Shown one piece after another: positions 53,788 to 64,000 of a DNA stretch of 64,000 nt (position 1 is the stretch's first letter; each line of letters starts with the position of its first letter). Where the stretch lies: the NCBI GenBank assembly GCA_050257975.1, contig JBLMXY010000012.1, forward strand, positions 13,439 through 77,438, given 5' to 3'. A program made the position numbers and the translations under genes. This DNA is from Acidobacteriota bacterium (GTDB taxonomy: Bacteria; Acidobacteriota; Thermoanaerobaculia; UBA5066; Gp7-AA6). The notes under the pieces were generated by a model, which was not told the DNA's origin, ran no database searches, and saw only the letters and a program-made list of their open reading frames with translations.

Positions 53788-56214
53788 TCACGCGGGCAGG
53801 CGCATCTTCTTGAGGAACGCGGCATAGCGTGGGTCGGCCTCCAGGCTCTTCAGCAGGGGGTCACCCTTTGTCGCCGCGAGTCCTCCGTCCCGCTGGGCAT
53901 ATGCCCGCTCGAGCCACTGGAAGGCCTTGTCGATCTCGCCCCGGAACGCGTAGGTCTCGGCAATCTGGTAGGCGCCGCCTTCCGCGTGATTCTCCAGGAA
54001 CTCGCCGAGAGCCGCGTCGGCCTCCTTCTTCCGCCCGAGGGCGTGATACGCAAGGGCCAGACCGAGGCGGCGCCAGATGGGCTCCTTCTCCCGCTCCATC
54101 TCCGCGAGCGCCGCGCCCGGCTTCGACTTCGCGAGCAGCACCATGCCGAGCTGCAGGTGCGCGTTCGGATAGTCGGGGTTGAGCTCGAGGCCCTTGCGGA
54201 CGGCCGCCTCGGCCTCGTCCAGTCGGCCTGCATAGTAGGCGAAACTCGCAAGGTTGACATGGGATCCCGCGCTGAGCGGGTCGAGGTCGGTCGCGCGCCG
54301 GCCGAGCTCGATCGCCTTCTCGAACTGGCCGAGGGTGGCGGCCAACGCGCAGGCCATCCGGACGACCGTGCCGTTCCGGGGCTCGAGATCGAGGGCGCGC
54401 TGGAAGATTGCCTCCGCTCCGGCCCAGTCCCAGTCGTAGTTCGTCCGAATCCAGCCCAGCACGGCGTGAGCCTCGGCCAGGTTTGGATCGAGCTCGAGCG
54501 CTCGTTCGATCGCCCGGCGTCCCTCCTGGAGTGTCTTCTGGAGCGGGTCGTATCCGCGATCGGTCTGGGTGACGTAGACCCTGGCCAGGCCCGCCCACGC
54601 CCGCGCATAGCCGGGGTCGAGCTGGAGCGCCTGCTGGTAGTAGGAGACGGCCTTATCCAGGTTCTCCCGGCTCTGCCGGTCGGCGAAGTACTTGCCCTGG
54701 AGGTAGAGATTGTAGGCGTGGACATTCTCGTCGCGGGACATCTCGGGCTGGCGGTCCCGCCCGAGCAAGGTCACTTTCGACGCGTTGGCGACGGCGCGAG
54801 CGATGTCCTCCTGTAACTCGAAGATGTCGTCAAGGCTGCGGTCGTAGCTCTGCGACCAGAGATGCGAGCCATCGGCGCCTTTCACCAGCTGTGCGGTGAT
54901 TCGGATCCGCTTGCCCGACTTGCGCACGCTGCCCTCCAGCACGTGGGAGACGTTGAGCTTTTTCGCGATGACCCGAATGTCCTCGTTCTTGCCCTTGAAC
55001 TGGAACGAAGAAGTCCTGCTGATGACCCGCAGCTGGGGGATCCTGGAGAGCGCGTCGAGCAGCTCCTCGGAAAGGCCATCGGAGAAATACTCCTGTTCGG
55101 GGTCGGCACTGATGTTTACGAACGGCAGAACCGCGATGGACGTCTCCTCCGCCGGCGCCGCGGTGGACGCGCGAATCGTCGCCCCAGCTTCGCCTCGCGG
55201 CGGCGCCGTCCTTGAAGAGAGCCAGACGACAACGGCCGTGACGGCGGCCAGGGCTGCGGCCAGCGCCGCCACGATGCCGAGACGCGAAGGTCGGCCGCCT
55301 CGGGATGCCCCGGGGGACACGCCGGGCTCGGGGCCGGCTGTTGGTACGGCGTCCGGCCCGGGGAGCTGCAGCCGGCCCTCCCCTCGCAGGGCGTCGTCGA
55401 TGGCTTCCTTCAGGTCGGCCGCCGACGAAAAGCGTTCTCCGGGGTCTTTCTGGAGGCAGCGGTCGAGAAGTTGCGCGATCGCCGGGGAAACACCCGCGAG
55501 AGGGCTCGGCGCCTCGTAGAGGATCGCCACCAGCGTCAAGGTCCCGCTGTCCTCGCCGAACGGACGACGTCCCGCCAGCAGCTCGTAGAAGATCGTTCCC
55601 AGGCTGAAGATGTCGCTGCGCGCGTCGACCGCCCGGCCCGAGATCTGCTCCGGCGACATGTAGGGCGGCGTTCCCAGGACGGTGCCGGTCCGGGTGATCG
55701 GGTCGGCCGTCGGCTCCGCCGGGCTCATGCCCGCCGCCCTCGCAAGGCCGAAGTCGACGATCTTCACCCGGTCCCCCGACGCCAGCATGATGTTGGACGG
55801 CTTCAGGTCGCGGTGCACGATGCCCGCGGCATGCGCGGCGGCAAGCGCTTCGGCAACCTGCCTCATCAGGCCCAGCGCCCGCTCCGGGGGTAATGGCCCC
55901 GCGGCGATCAGGTTGGCGAGCGATCCACCCGAGAGGAACTCCATCGCGATGTACTCGAGGCCGGCGTCAGCGTCGATCTCGTAGACGGTGACGATGCCGG
56001 GGTGGTTCAGCGCGGAAGCGGTCTGTGCCTCTCGCAGGAACCGCCTCTTCTGAGCGTCGTCGCCCTGAGGGTCGGGACGCATGACCTTCAACGCTGCCAC
56101 GCGCCCGAGCCGGACGTCCCTGGCCTTGTAGACCACGCCCATGCCGCCCTCGCCCAGCCGTTCGAGGACGGAATAGTGGCCGATCGTGCGGCCCGTCAGC
56201 CCGTCGAGTTCCAC
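53788..56214 (-). CDS. Ser/Thr protein kinase with TM, TolB-N-like periplasmic module and C-terminal TPR repeats
   Basis: GEGGMGVVYKARD, HRDLKPSNIM and DFGLAR. A TM follows (LGIVAALAAALAAVTAVVVWL), then SIAVLPFVNISADPEQEYFSDGLSEEL and multiple TPR units (YYQQALQLDPGYARAW...). Confidence 0.9.
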   Translation of the reverse strand: MELDGLTGRTIGHYSVLERLGEGGMGVVYKARDVRLGRVAALKVMRPDPQGDDAQKRRFLREAQTASALNHPGIVTVYEIDADAGLEYIAMEFLSGGSLANLIAAGPLPPERALGLMRQVAEALAAAHAAGIVHRDLKPSNIMLASGDRVKIVDFGLARAAGMSPAEPTADPITRTGTVLGTPPYMSPEQISGRAVDARSDIFSLGTIFYELLAGRRPFGEDSGTLTLVAILYEAPSPLAGVSPAIAQLLDRCLQKDPGERFSSAADLKEAIDDALRGEGRLQLPGPDAVPTAGPEPGVSPGASRGGRPSRLGIVAALAAALAAVTAVVVWLSSRTAPPRGEAGATIRASTAAPAEETSIAVLPFVNISADPEQEYFSDGLSEELLDALSRIPQLRVISRTSSFQFKGKNEDIRVIAKKLNVSHVLEGSVRKSGKRIRITAQLVKGADGSHLWSQSYDRSLDDIFELQEDIARAVANASKVTLLGRDRQPEMSRDENVHAYNLYLQGKYFADRQSRENLDKAVSYYQQALQLDPGYARAWAGLARVYVTQTDRGYDPLQKTLQEGRRAIERALELDPNLAEAHAVLGWIRTNYDWDWAGAEAIFQRALDLEPRNGTVVRMACALAATLGQFEKAIELGRRATDLDPLSAGSHVNLASFAYYAGRLDEAEAAVRKGLELNPDYPNAHLQLGMVLLAKSKPGAALAEMEREKEPIWRRLGLALAYHALGRKKEADAALGEFLENHAEGGAYQIAETYAFRGEIDKAFQWLERAYAQRDGGLAATKGDPLLKSLEADPRYAAFLKKMRLPA

Positions 56215-56256
56215 GGTGACTCCGGACGCCGGGACATCTGGCCTCGGCCCCTCGGC

Positions 56257-56649
56257 TCAGCCTTCGAGCGGTCCAGACCCGGACGCAGGCCGCAGCCGGG
56301 CGAGCTCCGCGCCCAGAGTGCGCACACGCCGGCTGAGCTGCCGGAGCGTGCCCAGGACAAGCGTCGGGTCCTTGCTCGCGTGGCGCAGGAAATTCCTCCG
56401 GTCCACGCCGAGAACCCGCACCTTGGTGACCGCGCGCGCGCCCAGGGGGCGCCCGCCAGGCTCGAAGATCGCATCCTCACCGATCGTGTCGCCGACGCCG
56501 CATCCGACGAGCCGCACCTCGCGCCCTTCGTGCTCGAGCAGGAGTTCCACTTCTCCCTCCAGGACGATCTACAGACGGTCGCCTTTCTGGCCCTGGCGGA
56601 ACAGGTACGTGCCCGCATCGAACTCGATCCCCAGCTCGCCCGTGCGCAA
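56257..56649 (-). pseudogene. Cyclic-nucleotide-binding-domain protein interrupted by an in-frame TAG
   Basis: The minus frame reads (TTG)MRTGELGIEFDAGTYLFRQGQKGDRL-TAG-IVLEGEVELLLEHEGREVRLVGCGVGDTIGEDAIFEPGGRPLGARAVTKVRVLGVDRRNF... The TAG (56571..56569) sits where the cNMP-domain consensus (..d.lYiilsG..) has Tyr. Confidence 0.55.
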
Positions 56650-56655
56650 GACGCG

Positions 56656-58074
56656 TCACCTCCCCTCGACGTGTGCGCGCCGTCTTCTCACGCCTCCCGT
56701 CGGGCGAGCGCGGCCGAGAACGGCGCGTGCGATCTCGACTGCAAGGCGCGCCAGGAGACCGGGTCGAAGCGCCTGGAGGACGATCTCGCGATAGGGAGCG
56801 CTGCCGGTGAAGGTGTTCCAGAGCACGAGGCTCATGGGCGCCGGGCGTCCCTTCCGTCGCTGCTCGCGGGCGATCACGCGCAGGAGCGCGCGGCGCGCGA
56901 AGCGAAACGTCTGGAACAGGCGCACCACGAGGAAGACGGCGCGCCCGAGCGCGTTGTCTCGTGCGATCCCGCGGCACTCCGGCCAGTACCGCAGCCGGAA
57001 ATCCGCTTCTGACACGCCTTCAAGAACCGCGGCGCTGGCTGCGGCCTTGGCCGTCCGATAGGCCGAACCGATGCCATCCTTGTAGAGTCGTGCGACGCCG
57101 GCGTCACCGACCAGGAGGATTCGCTCGGCGTAGGGGCGCCCTTTCCAGCCCACGTTCATCCTCGGCGAGCAGCGGCAGGCCTGTTCGTGCGACTGCCAGG
57201 CCGCCGGCATGCAGCTGGCGACCTCGCGCGCGGTGAGGAACGAGCTCAGCAGCGGCTGGTCGATTTCGTCTCCGAGCAAGCAGAGCGAGACATAGCTTCC
57301 CTTTGGAATGAGCGCTCCGAACTGGAGCCGCGGAATGTTGAGCAGGAAGATGTGCATCGAGTCGCCGAGGGTCTGCCGGATCACGGGACGGCCCACGAAG
57401 TACTCCCGGATGAACGCCCTCGTCGTCCGGGCGGCGGCTCCGTCAAGACCGAGGCCGTCCCGCAGACGCACCGCGGGCCCGTTCACCCCGCATGCGATCA
57501 CCACGAGGTCGTAGCGGAGCGTGGCGCCTTCTCCCGCGTCGAGGAGGGGAAAGCCGTCTTCGCGAGCCACCCGCTCGATCCTCCGGCGCACGATGCGGGC
57601 TCCGCGCCTCTGCGCCTCTTCCAGAAGGAAGGCGTCGAAGCTGGCGTAGGGAGAGCCCTCGGAGCCGAGCGGTCCCAGCCCGCGGTGCACCGCGGCGATC
57701 CGCTTCTCCTTCATGGGCGTCTCGATGCGGACTTCTCCCTCGTCGGTATGCAGCACATAGGAATCGATGCCGCGCTGGATGACCGCCGACGGCAACGAGA
57801 TCCCTTCGGCAGCCAGGTCCTCGATCAGCGACTCGGAGACGACCCCGCCGCACATGTTGCAGCCGCGCGGCCCCCTGAGGGCGAAGTCCCGATGCTCATA
57901 GACATCCACCGAGAGACGGAGTCCCACGCGCGCGGCCATCTCGAGAGCGAAGATGCTGAAGAAGGAGCCGGCCGGTCCGCCGCCGACCACGCCGATGCGA
58001 GCACCGTCCTCCAGCTTGCATCGGCTCCCCCGCCGACTTCTCGTGGGGCCAGCTCTCACGACACGGCCGTGCAT
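56656..58074 (-). CDS. FAD-dependent oxidoreductase (geranylgeranyl-reductase-like family)
   Basis: The Rossmann motif IGVVGGGPAGSFFS lies near the N-terminus, with a second GD motif LLVGDAGVARLYKDGIG. 472 aa. Confidence 0.75.
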   Translation of the reverse strand: MHGRVVRAGPTRSRRGSRCKLEDGARIGVVGGGPAGSFFSIFALEMAARVGLRLSVDVYEHRDFALRGPRGCNMCGGVVSESLIEDLAAEGISLPSAVIQRGIDSYVLHTDEGEVRIETPMKEKRIAAVHRGLGPLGSEGSPYASFDAFLLEEAQRRGARIVRRRIERVAREDGFPLLDAGEGATLRYDLVVIACGVNGPAVRLRDGLGLDGAAARTTRAFIREYFVGRPVIRQTLGDSMHIFLLNIPRLQFGALIPKGSYVSLCLLGDEIDQPLLSSFLTAREVASCMPAAWQSHEQACRCSPRMNVGWKGRPYAERILLVGDAGVARLYKDGIGSAYRTAKAAASAAVLEGVSEADFRLRYWPECRGIARDNALGRAVFLVVRLFQTFRFARRALLRVIAREQRRKGRPAPMSLVLWNTFTGSAPYREIVLQALRPGLLARLAVEIARAVLGRARPTGGVRRRRAHVEGR

Positions 58075-58385
58075 CGGATGGCCTTTGGACCAGTATGGTA
58101 CGGCAACAGTCTATCGCAGAGGCTCTGCGCACCCATGCGGACGCGCCCGGGCTCCGCCATACCGACGGTATGTGGTTTCTCGACGCGCAAGGGCCTTCGA
58201 CGAAATGGAGCCGCAGGGGCGACCGCCCGCAGACGAGCGCGCACTTCCGCATCGTCCACTCGCTCTCTGGCAAGCGTCCTCGCGAGCCTGTTTCTTGACC
58301 CCCCCGCCGCGTCGAGAAGCGGATCGGGTGCCTGCTCGAAAGCGCCTGTGACCCCGTGTCAGGCATCGCGTAGAATCTCCGCGCC

Positions 58386-60968
<2,583 letters not shown>

Positions 60969-61032
60969 CTTTCGCGGCCGGGACGGTTCCAGGAAAGACC
61001 GCCGCGTTCCGATAGAATCCGCGCGCGACCCC

Positions 61033-61242
61033 ATGACACTGGCCACGGGAACCCGGCTCGGCCCCTACGAGATCGCCTCGCCTCTGGGCGCCGGCGGGAT
61101 GGGGGAGGTTTTCCGTCGCCTTCGCTTGCTCGCGGCCTGGCTATCGCCACCGGCTCGCGGCTCGCGTGGATGCGCGCTCGACCGCGAGCCTGGTCCGCGT
61201 GCTGCGCTGCGGCTCCCGCGGGCGGGAGGCTGGCTGAAGTGA
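61033..61242 (+). other. Kinase 5' fragment (27 codons incl. Gly-rich loop) fused to a conserved GC-hairpin element; possible uORF or gene remnant
   Basis: MTLATGTRLGPYEIASPLGAGGMGEV is followed by unrelated sequence containing GGCTCGCGG-21nt-CCGCGAGCC. The TGA at 61240 overlaps the GTG (61239) of the next kinase gene. A homologous copy lies at 63846 onward. Confidence 0.5.
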
Positions 61243-63818
61243 GTTTGACCAGCGGAACGAGGCTCGGGCCCTACGAGATTGTCGGCGCGCTGGGCGCCGG
61301 CGGAATGGGAGAGGTCTATCGGGCGAAGGATCCGCGCCTGGGGCGCGAGGTGGCGATCAAGGTGCTGCCGGCTTCCTTCTCGCAGGATCCGGACCGGTTG
61401 AAGCGGTTCGAACAGGAGGCTCGGGCGGCGGGGGTCCTGAACCACCCGAACATCACGGCCGTCCACGATCTCGGGTCGCACGATGCGTCGCCCTACATCG
61501 TGACGGAGCTCCTGGAAGGGGAGACGCTGCGGTCGCGGCTTTCGACGGGCCCGCTTCCGGTTCGCAAGGCGATCGACTACGCGGTGCAGATCGCGCGGGG
61601 TCTCGCGGCGGCGCACGAGAAGGGGATCGTGCATCGGGATCTGAAGCCGGAGAACCTGTTCGTGACGAGGGACGGGCGGGTCAAGATCCTGGACTTCGGG
61701 CTGGCGAAGCTCAAGTCGGAGAAGGACGGGGAGCCCCAGACGGACTTGAAGACGATCTCGGGGACCGAGCCCGGGGTGGTGCTGGGGACGATGGGCTACA
61801 TGTCGCCCGAGCAGGTGAGGGGAAAGGCGGCCGACCGGCGCAGCGACCTTTTTTCCTTCGGCGCGATTCTCTACGAGATGCTGTCGGGCCAGAGGGCATT
61901 TCGGGGGGACACCGCGGCCGACACGATCACGGCGATCCTGTCGAAGGAGCCGCCGGATCTCACACAGACCAACAAGGACGTGCATCCGGGGCTCGATCGG
62001 ATCGTGCGGCACTGTCTGGAGAAGAACCCGGAGGAGCGTTTCGAGTCGGCGCGCGACGTCGCCTTCGACCTCGAGGCCCTCTCCGGCCTCTCCGCGCCGA
62101 CGGCGGCGGTCACGGGGAAGACCGAGCGGCTGGTCGTGCGCCGCCCGCTGCCTCTCGCCATCGGCATCGCGGTTGCCCTGGCCGGGATGACGGCCGCTTA
62201 CCTCGCGGGCAAGAAGGCGGGCTACGTCCCGCCGCCATCCTTCCGGCAGCTTACCTTTCGCCGCGGTCTGGTCGGGTCGGCGCGCTTCGCTCCCGACGGG
62301 CAGACCGTCTTGTACTCGGCAAGCTGGGACGGCAAACCGATCGAGATTTTCCTCACGAGACTCGACAGCCCCGAGTCGCGCCCCTTTGGGCTCCCCGGAG
62401 CCGAATTGCTTTCGGTCGCCCGATCCGGGGAGATGGCCGTTTCGCTCCGCCGAAGGGATTCGATCCCTTTCACGAGGACGGGCACGCTCGCCCGCCTCGG
62501 CATGACCGGCGGGGGCTCGCCGAAGGAGATCCTCGAGGACGTTCTATCGGCGGACTGGAGCCCCGACGGCCAGAGCATGGCTGTGATCCGCCAGGCCGGC
62601 GGAAAGATTCGGCTGGAGTTCCCCGTCGACCACGTCCTCTACGAGACCGCCGGTTGGATCGCCGATGCGCGGATCTCGCCGGGCGGCGACGAGGTCGCCT
62701 TTCTCGATCATCCGGTCCAGGGGGACGACGGAGGCTCGGTCGAAGTGGTGGACCGATCGGGAAAGCGCCGTGCACTCACAGGATTCTTCGCCAGCGCGCA
62801 GGGGCTTTGCTGGTCGCCGTCGGGAAACGAGGTGTGGTTCACCGCCGCCGCCGTCGGATTCAACCGGGGAATGTATGCCGCGACGCGCGCCGGTAAGGTC
62901 CGGATGCTCGCTCAGGGGACCGGCGGCCTTACGGTGCAAGACGCCTCGAAGGACGGCCGTGTGCTCGTGTTTCAGGACAAGTCGCGGGAGGGCATCTCGG
63001 CGCTCGTGCCCGGAGCAGAGAAGGAGCGGGACTTCTCGTGGCTCGACTGGTCCCTCATCCGTGATCTCTCTCCCGACGGCCAGACCCTGCTCTTCGGAGA
63101 AAGCGGCGAAGGAGGAGGGCCCGGCTACTCCACGTACGTGCGCAAGGCCGACGGCTCGCCTGCCGTGCGCCTTGGTCCCGGAAACGTCTTCGGCCTCTCT
63201 CCCGACGGACGGCTGGCGCTCGGCGTCGTGGGCGAGGCAACGAATCAGCGGATCGTCTTGTATTCGATCGGCGCAGGTGAGCCAAGGACTCTCCCCGCGA
63301 GCGGCCTCCGAGTCTTCCAGGCCACCTTCCTTCCCGGCGGCCGCAGGATCCTGTTCTCGGGCAACGAGCCCGGCCGCGGCTCGCGCCTCTGGGTGCAGGG
63401 CGTCGAGGACGCGAAACCTCGGGCCATCTCCCCCGAGGGTTATCGGATGGTTTTTGGGGGCGTCTCTCCGGACGGAAGGCTCACGACGGTCAGTGGGCCG
63501 GATCAGCGTTTCTACCTCTATGCGGTGGAAGGGGGGGAGCCGACCCCCATCCCCGGCATGGTCGCCGGAGACATTCCGTGCGGCTGGTCGCCCGACGGCC
63601 GAGAGATTTTGGTACGCCGGCGAGGGGAAGTCCCGGCGCGGATCATGCTGCTCGACTTGCGCACCGGGGAGAAGAAGCTGTGGAAAGAGCTGATTCCCCC
63701 GGACCCGGCCGGGGTGACGTCGGTCAGCCCGGTCGTCGTCACACTCGACCGGAAGTTCTACGCCTATTCCTACGTCCGAAGCCTGGCGGACCTCTACGTC
63801 GTCGAAGGATTGAAGTGA
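61239..63818 (+). CDS. Ser/Thr protein kinase fused to a TolB-like WD40 beta-propeller (paralog)
   Basis: [54 protein letters not shown] and DFGLAK, then a TM and propeller blades. The start was chosen at GTG 61239 inside track ORF 61170..63818. TTG 61245 is an alternative. Confidence 0.9.
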   Translation: MSLTSGTRLGPYEIVGALGAGGMGEVYRAKDPRLGREVAIKVLPASFSQDPDRLKRFEQEARAAGVLNHPNITAVHDLGSHDASPYIVTELLEGETLRSRLSTGPLPVRKAIDYAVQIARGLAAAHEKGIVHRDLKPENLFVTRDGRVKILDFGLAKLKSEKDGEPQTDLKTISGTEPGVVLGTMGYMSPEQVRGKAADRRSDLFSFGAILYEMLSGQRAFRGDTAADTITAILSKEPPDLTQTNKDVHPGLDRIVRHCLEKNPEERFESARDVAFDLEALSGLSAPTAAVTGKTERLVVRRPLPLAIGIAVALAGMTAAYLAGKKAGYVPPPSFRQLTFRRGLVGSARFAPDGQTVLYSASWDGKPIEIFLTRLDSPESRPFGLPGAELLSVARSGEMAVSLRRRDSIPFTRTGTLARLGMTGGGSPKEILEDVLSADWSPDGQSMAVIRQAGGKIRLEFPVDHVLYETAGWIADARISPGGDEVAFLDHPVQGDDGGSVEVVDRSGKRRALTGFFASAQGLCWSPSGNEVWFTAAAVGFNRGMYAATRAGKVRMLAQGTGGLTVQDASKDGRVLVFQDKSREGISALVPGAEKERDFSWLDWSLIRDLSPDGQTLLFGESGEGGGPGYSTYVRKADGSPAVRLGPGNVFGLSPDGRLALGVVGEATNQRIVLYSIGAGEPRTLPASGLRVFQATFLPGGRRILFSGNEPGRGSRLWVQGVEDAKPRAISPEGYRMVFGGVSPDGRLTTVSGPDQRFYLYAVEGGEPTPIPGMVAGDIPCGWSPDGREILVRRRGEVPARIMLLDLRTGEKKLWKELIPPDPAGVTSVSPVVVTLDRKFYAYSYVRSLADLYVVEGLK

Positions 63819-63845
63819 CTTGCGACTAGGATCCGCTCAGCCCCG

Positions 63846-64000
63846 ATGACACTCTCTCCCGGAACCCGGCTCGGCCCTTACGAGATGGCCGCGCCGCTGG
63901 GCGCGGGCGGGATGGGGGAGGTGTGCCGTCGCCTTCGCTTGCTCGCGGACCTGCCTTTGGCACCGGCTCGCGGCTCGCGTGGATGCACGCTCGACCGCGA
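63846..64000 (+). other. Second copy of the kinase 5' fragment + GC-hairpin element (runs off the window)
   Basis: MTLSPGTRLGPYEMAAPLGAGGMGEV is followed by CCGTCGCCTTCGCTTGCTCGCGG...GGCTCGCGGCTCGCGTGGATGCACGCTCGACCGCGA. This is near-identical to 61110-61190. Confidence 0.5.

Noticed and set aside
53432-53791. 119-aa minus-strand ORF whose GTG overlaps the STK-TPR stop (GTGA). A possible 55-aa TM peptide could start at TTG 53599.
   Set aside because: The N-terminal 64 codons are Arg-rich with poor third-position GC. Only the last roughly 50 codons look coding (LLGHLLLARVALALIATDAVLHIALAAGAAVYAW), and they have no SD. The stretch also overlaps a strong GC hairpin (53449-53478) that may simply be a convergent terminator. 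Evidence is not sufficient for a feature call.
58095-58298. 67-aa plus ORF and 67-aa minus ORF in the divergent oxidoreductase/kinase spacer.
   Set aside because: There is no ribosome-binding site or recognisable motif. They mutually overlap and there is no way to test conservation here.
61110-61238. Considered a self-splicing intron (the copy at 63923 begins GTGTG, like a group II 5' end) separating two versions of the kinase first exon.
   Set aside because: It is far too short (about 125-205 nt) for a group I or II intron. The other copy begins GTTTT. No domain V/VI-like or P-helix features were seen. The downstream gene has its own complete N-terminus.

Overview
Very GC-rich bacterial chromosomal segment. 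The gene content (TolB-propeller Ser/Thr kinases, ATPase-less MacB-type permease arrays, TolC/RND efflux, SurA) suggests a diderm, Acidobacteriota-like organism, but this is inference only. Contents from left to right: (1) a 5'-partial LigD polymerase domain; (2) a 1372-aa secreted sugar-dehydrogenase/PKD/Ig/IPT protein ending in three Cys-containing SLH-like repeats; (3) a minus-strand operon of unknown function (39-aa ORF, 126-aa protein, TPR protein, Pro/Ala/Thr-rich lipoprotein, TPR-like protein) behind a hairpin-U8 leader; (4) a tandem-domain ThyX; (5) an ArsR regulator divergent from a TolC-MFP-RND-DUF2892-PII-like operon across a perfectly symmetric promoter/operator palindrome; (6) iscS; (7) a decayed CocE/NonD hydrolase pseudogene; (8) mfd; (9) a SurA-like PPIase; (10) a dcw cluster mraZ-rsmH-ftsL-ftsI-murE-murF-mraY-murD-ftsW-murG-murC-ftsQ-ftsA-ftsZ with no murB or ddl; (11) a His-tailed small membrane protein; (12) tRNA-Glu(CUC) flanked by two tRNA-like remnants; (13) an ABC-2 exporter pair; (14) tRNA-Ser(CGA); (15) tadA divergent from its substrate tRNA-Arg(ACG); (16) a 9-kb array of 2 HlyD adaptors plus 5 MacB/LolCE-type permeases with no ATPase; (17) a minus-strand unit of FAD oxidoreductase, amber-interrupted cNMP-binding gene and STK-TPR kinase; (18) tandem STK-TolB-propeller kinases, the second and third each preceded by a conserved kinase-5'-fragment plus GC-hairpin module. 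A family of 7-nt-periodic (nCTGAnn) intergenic repeat/hairpin elements recurs at five loci. No rRNA, CRISPR array, transposase or integrase was seen. Many long overlapping ORFs in the track are high-GC artefacts.
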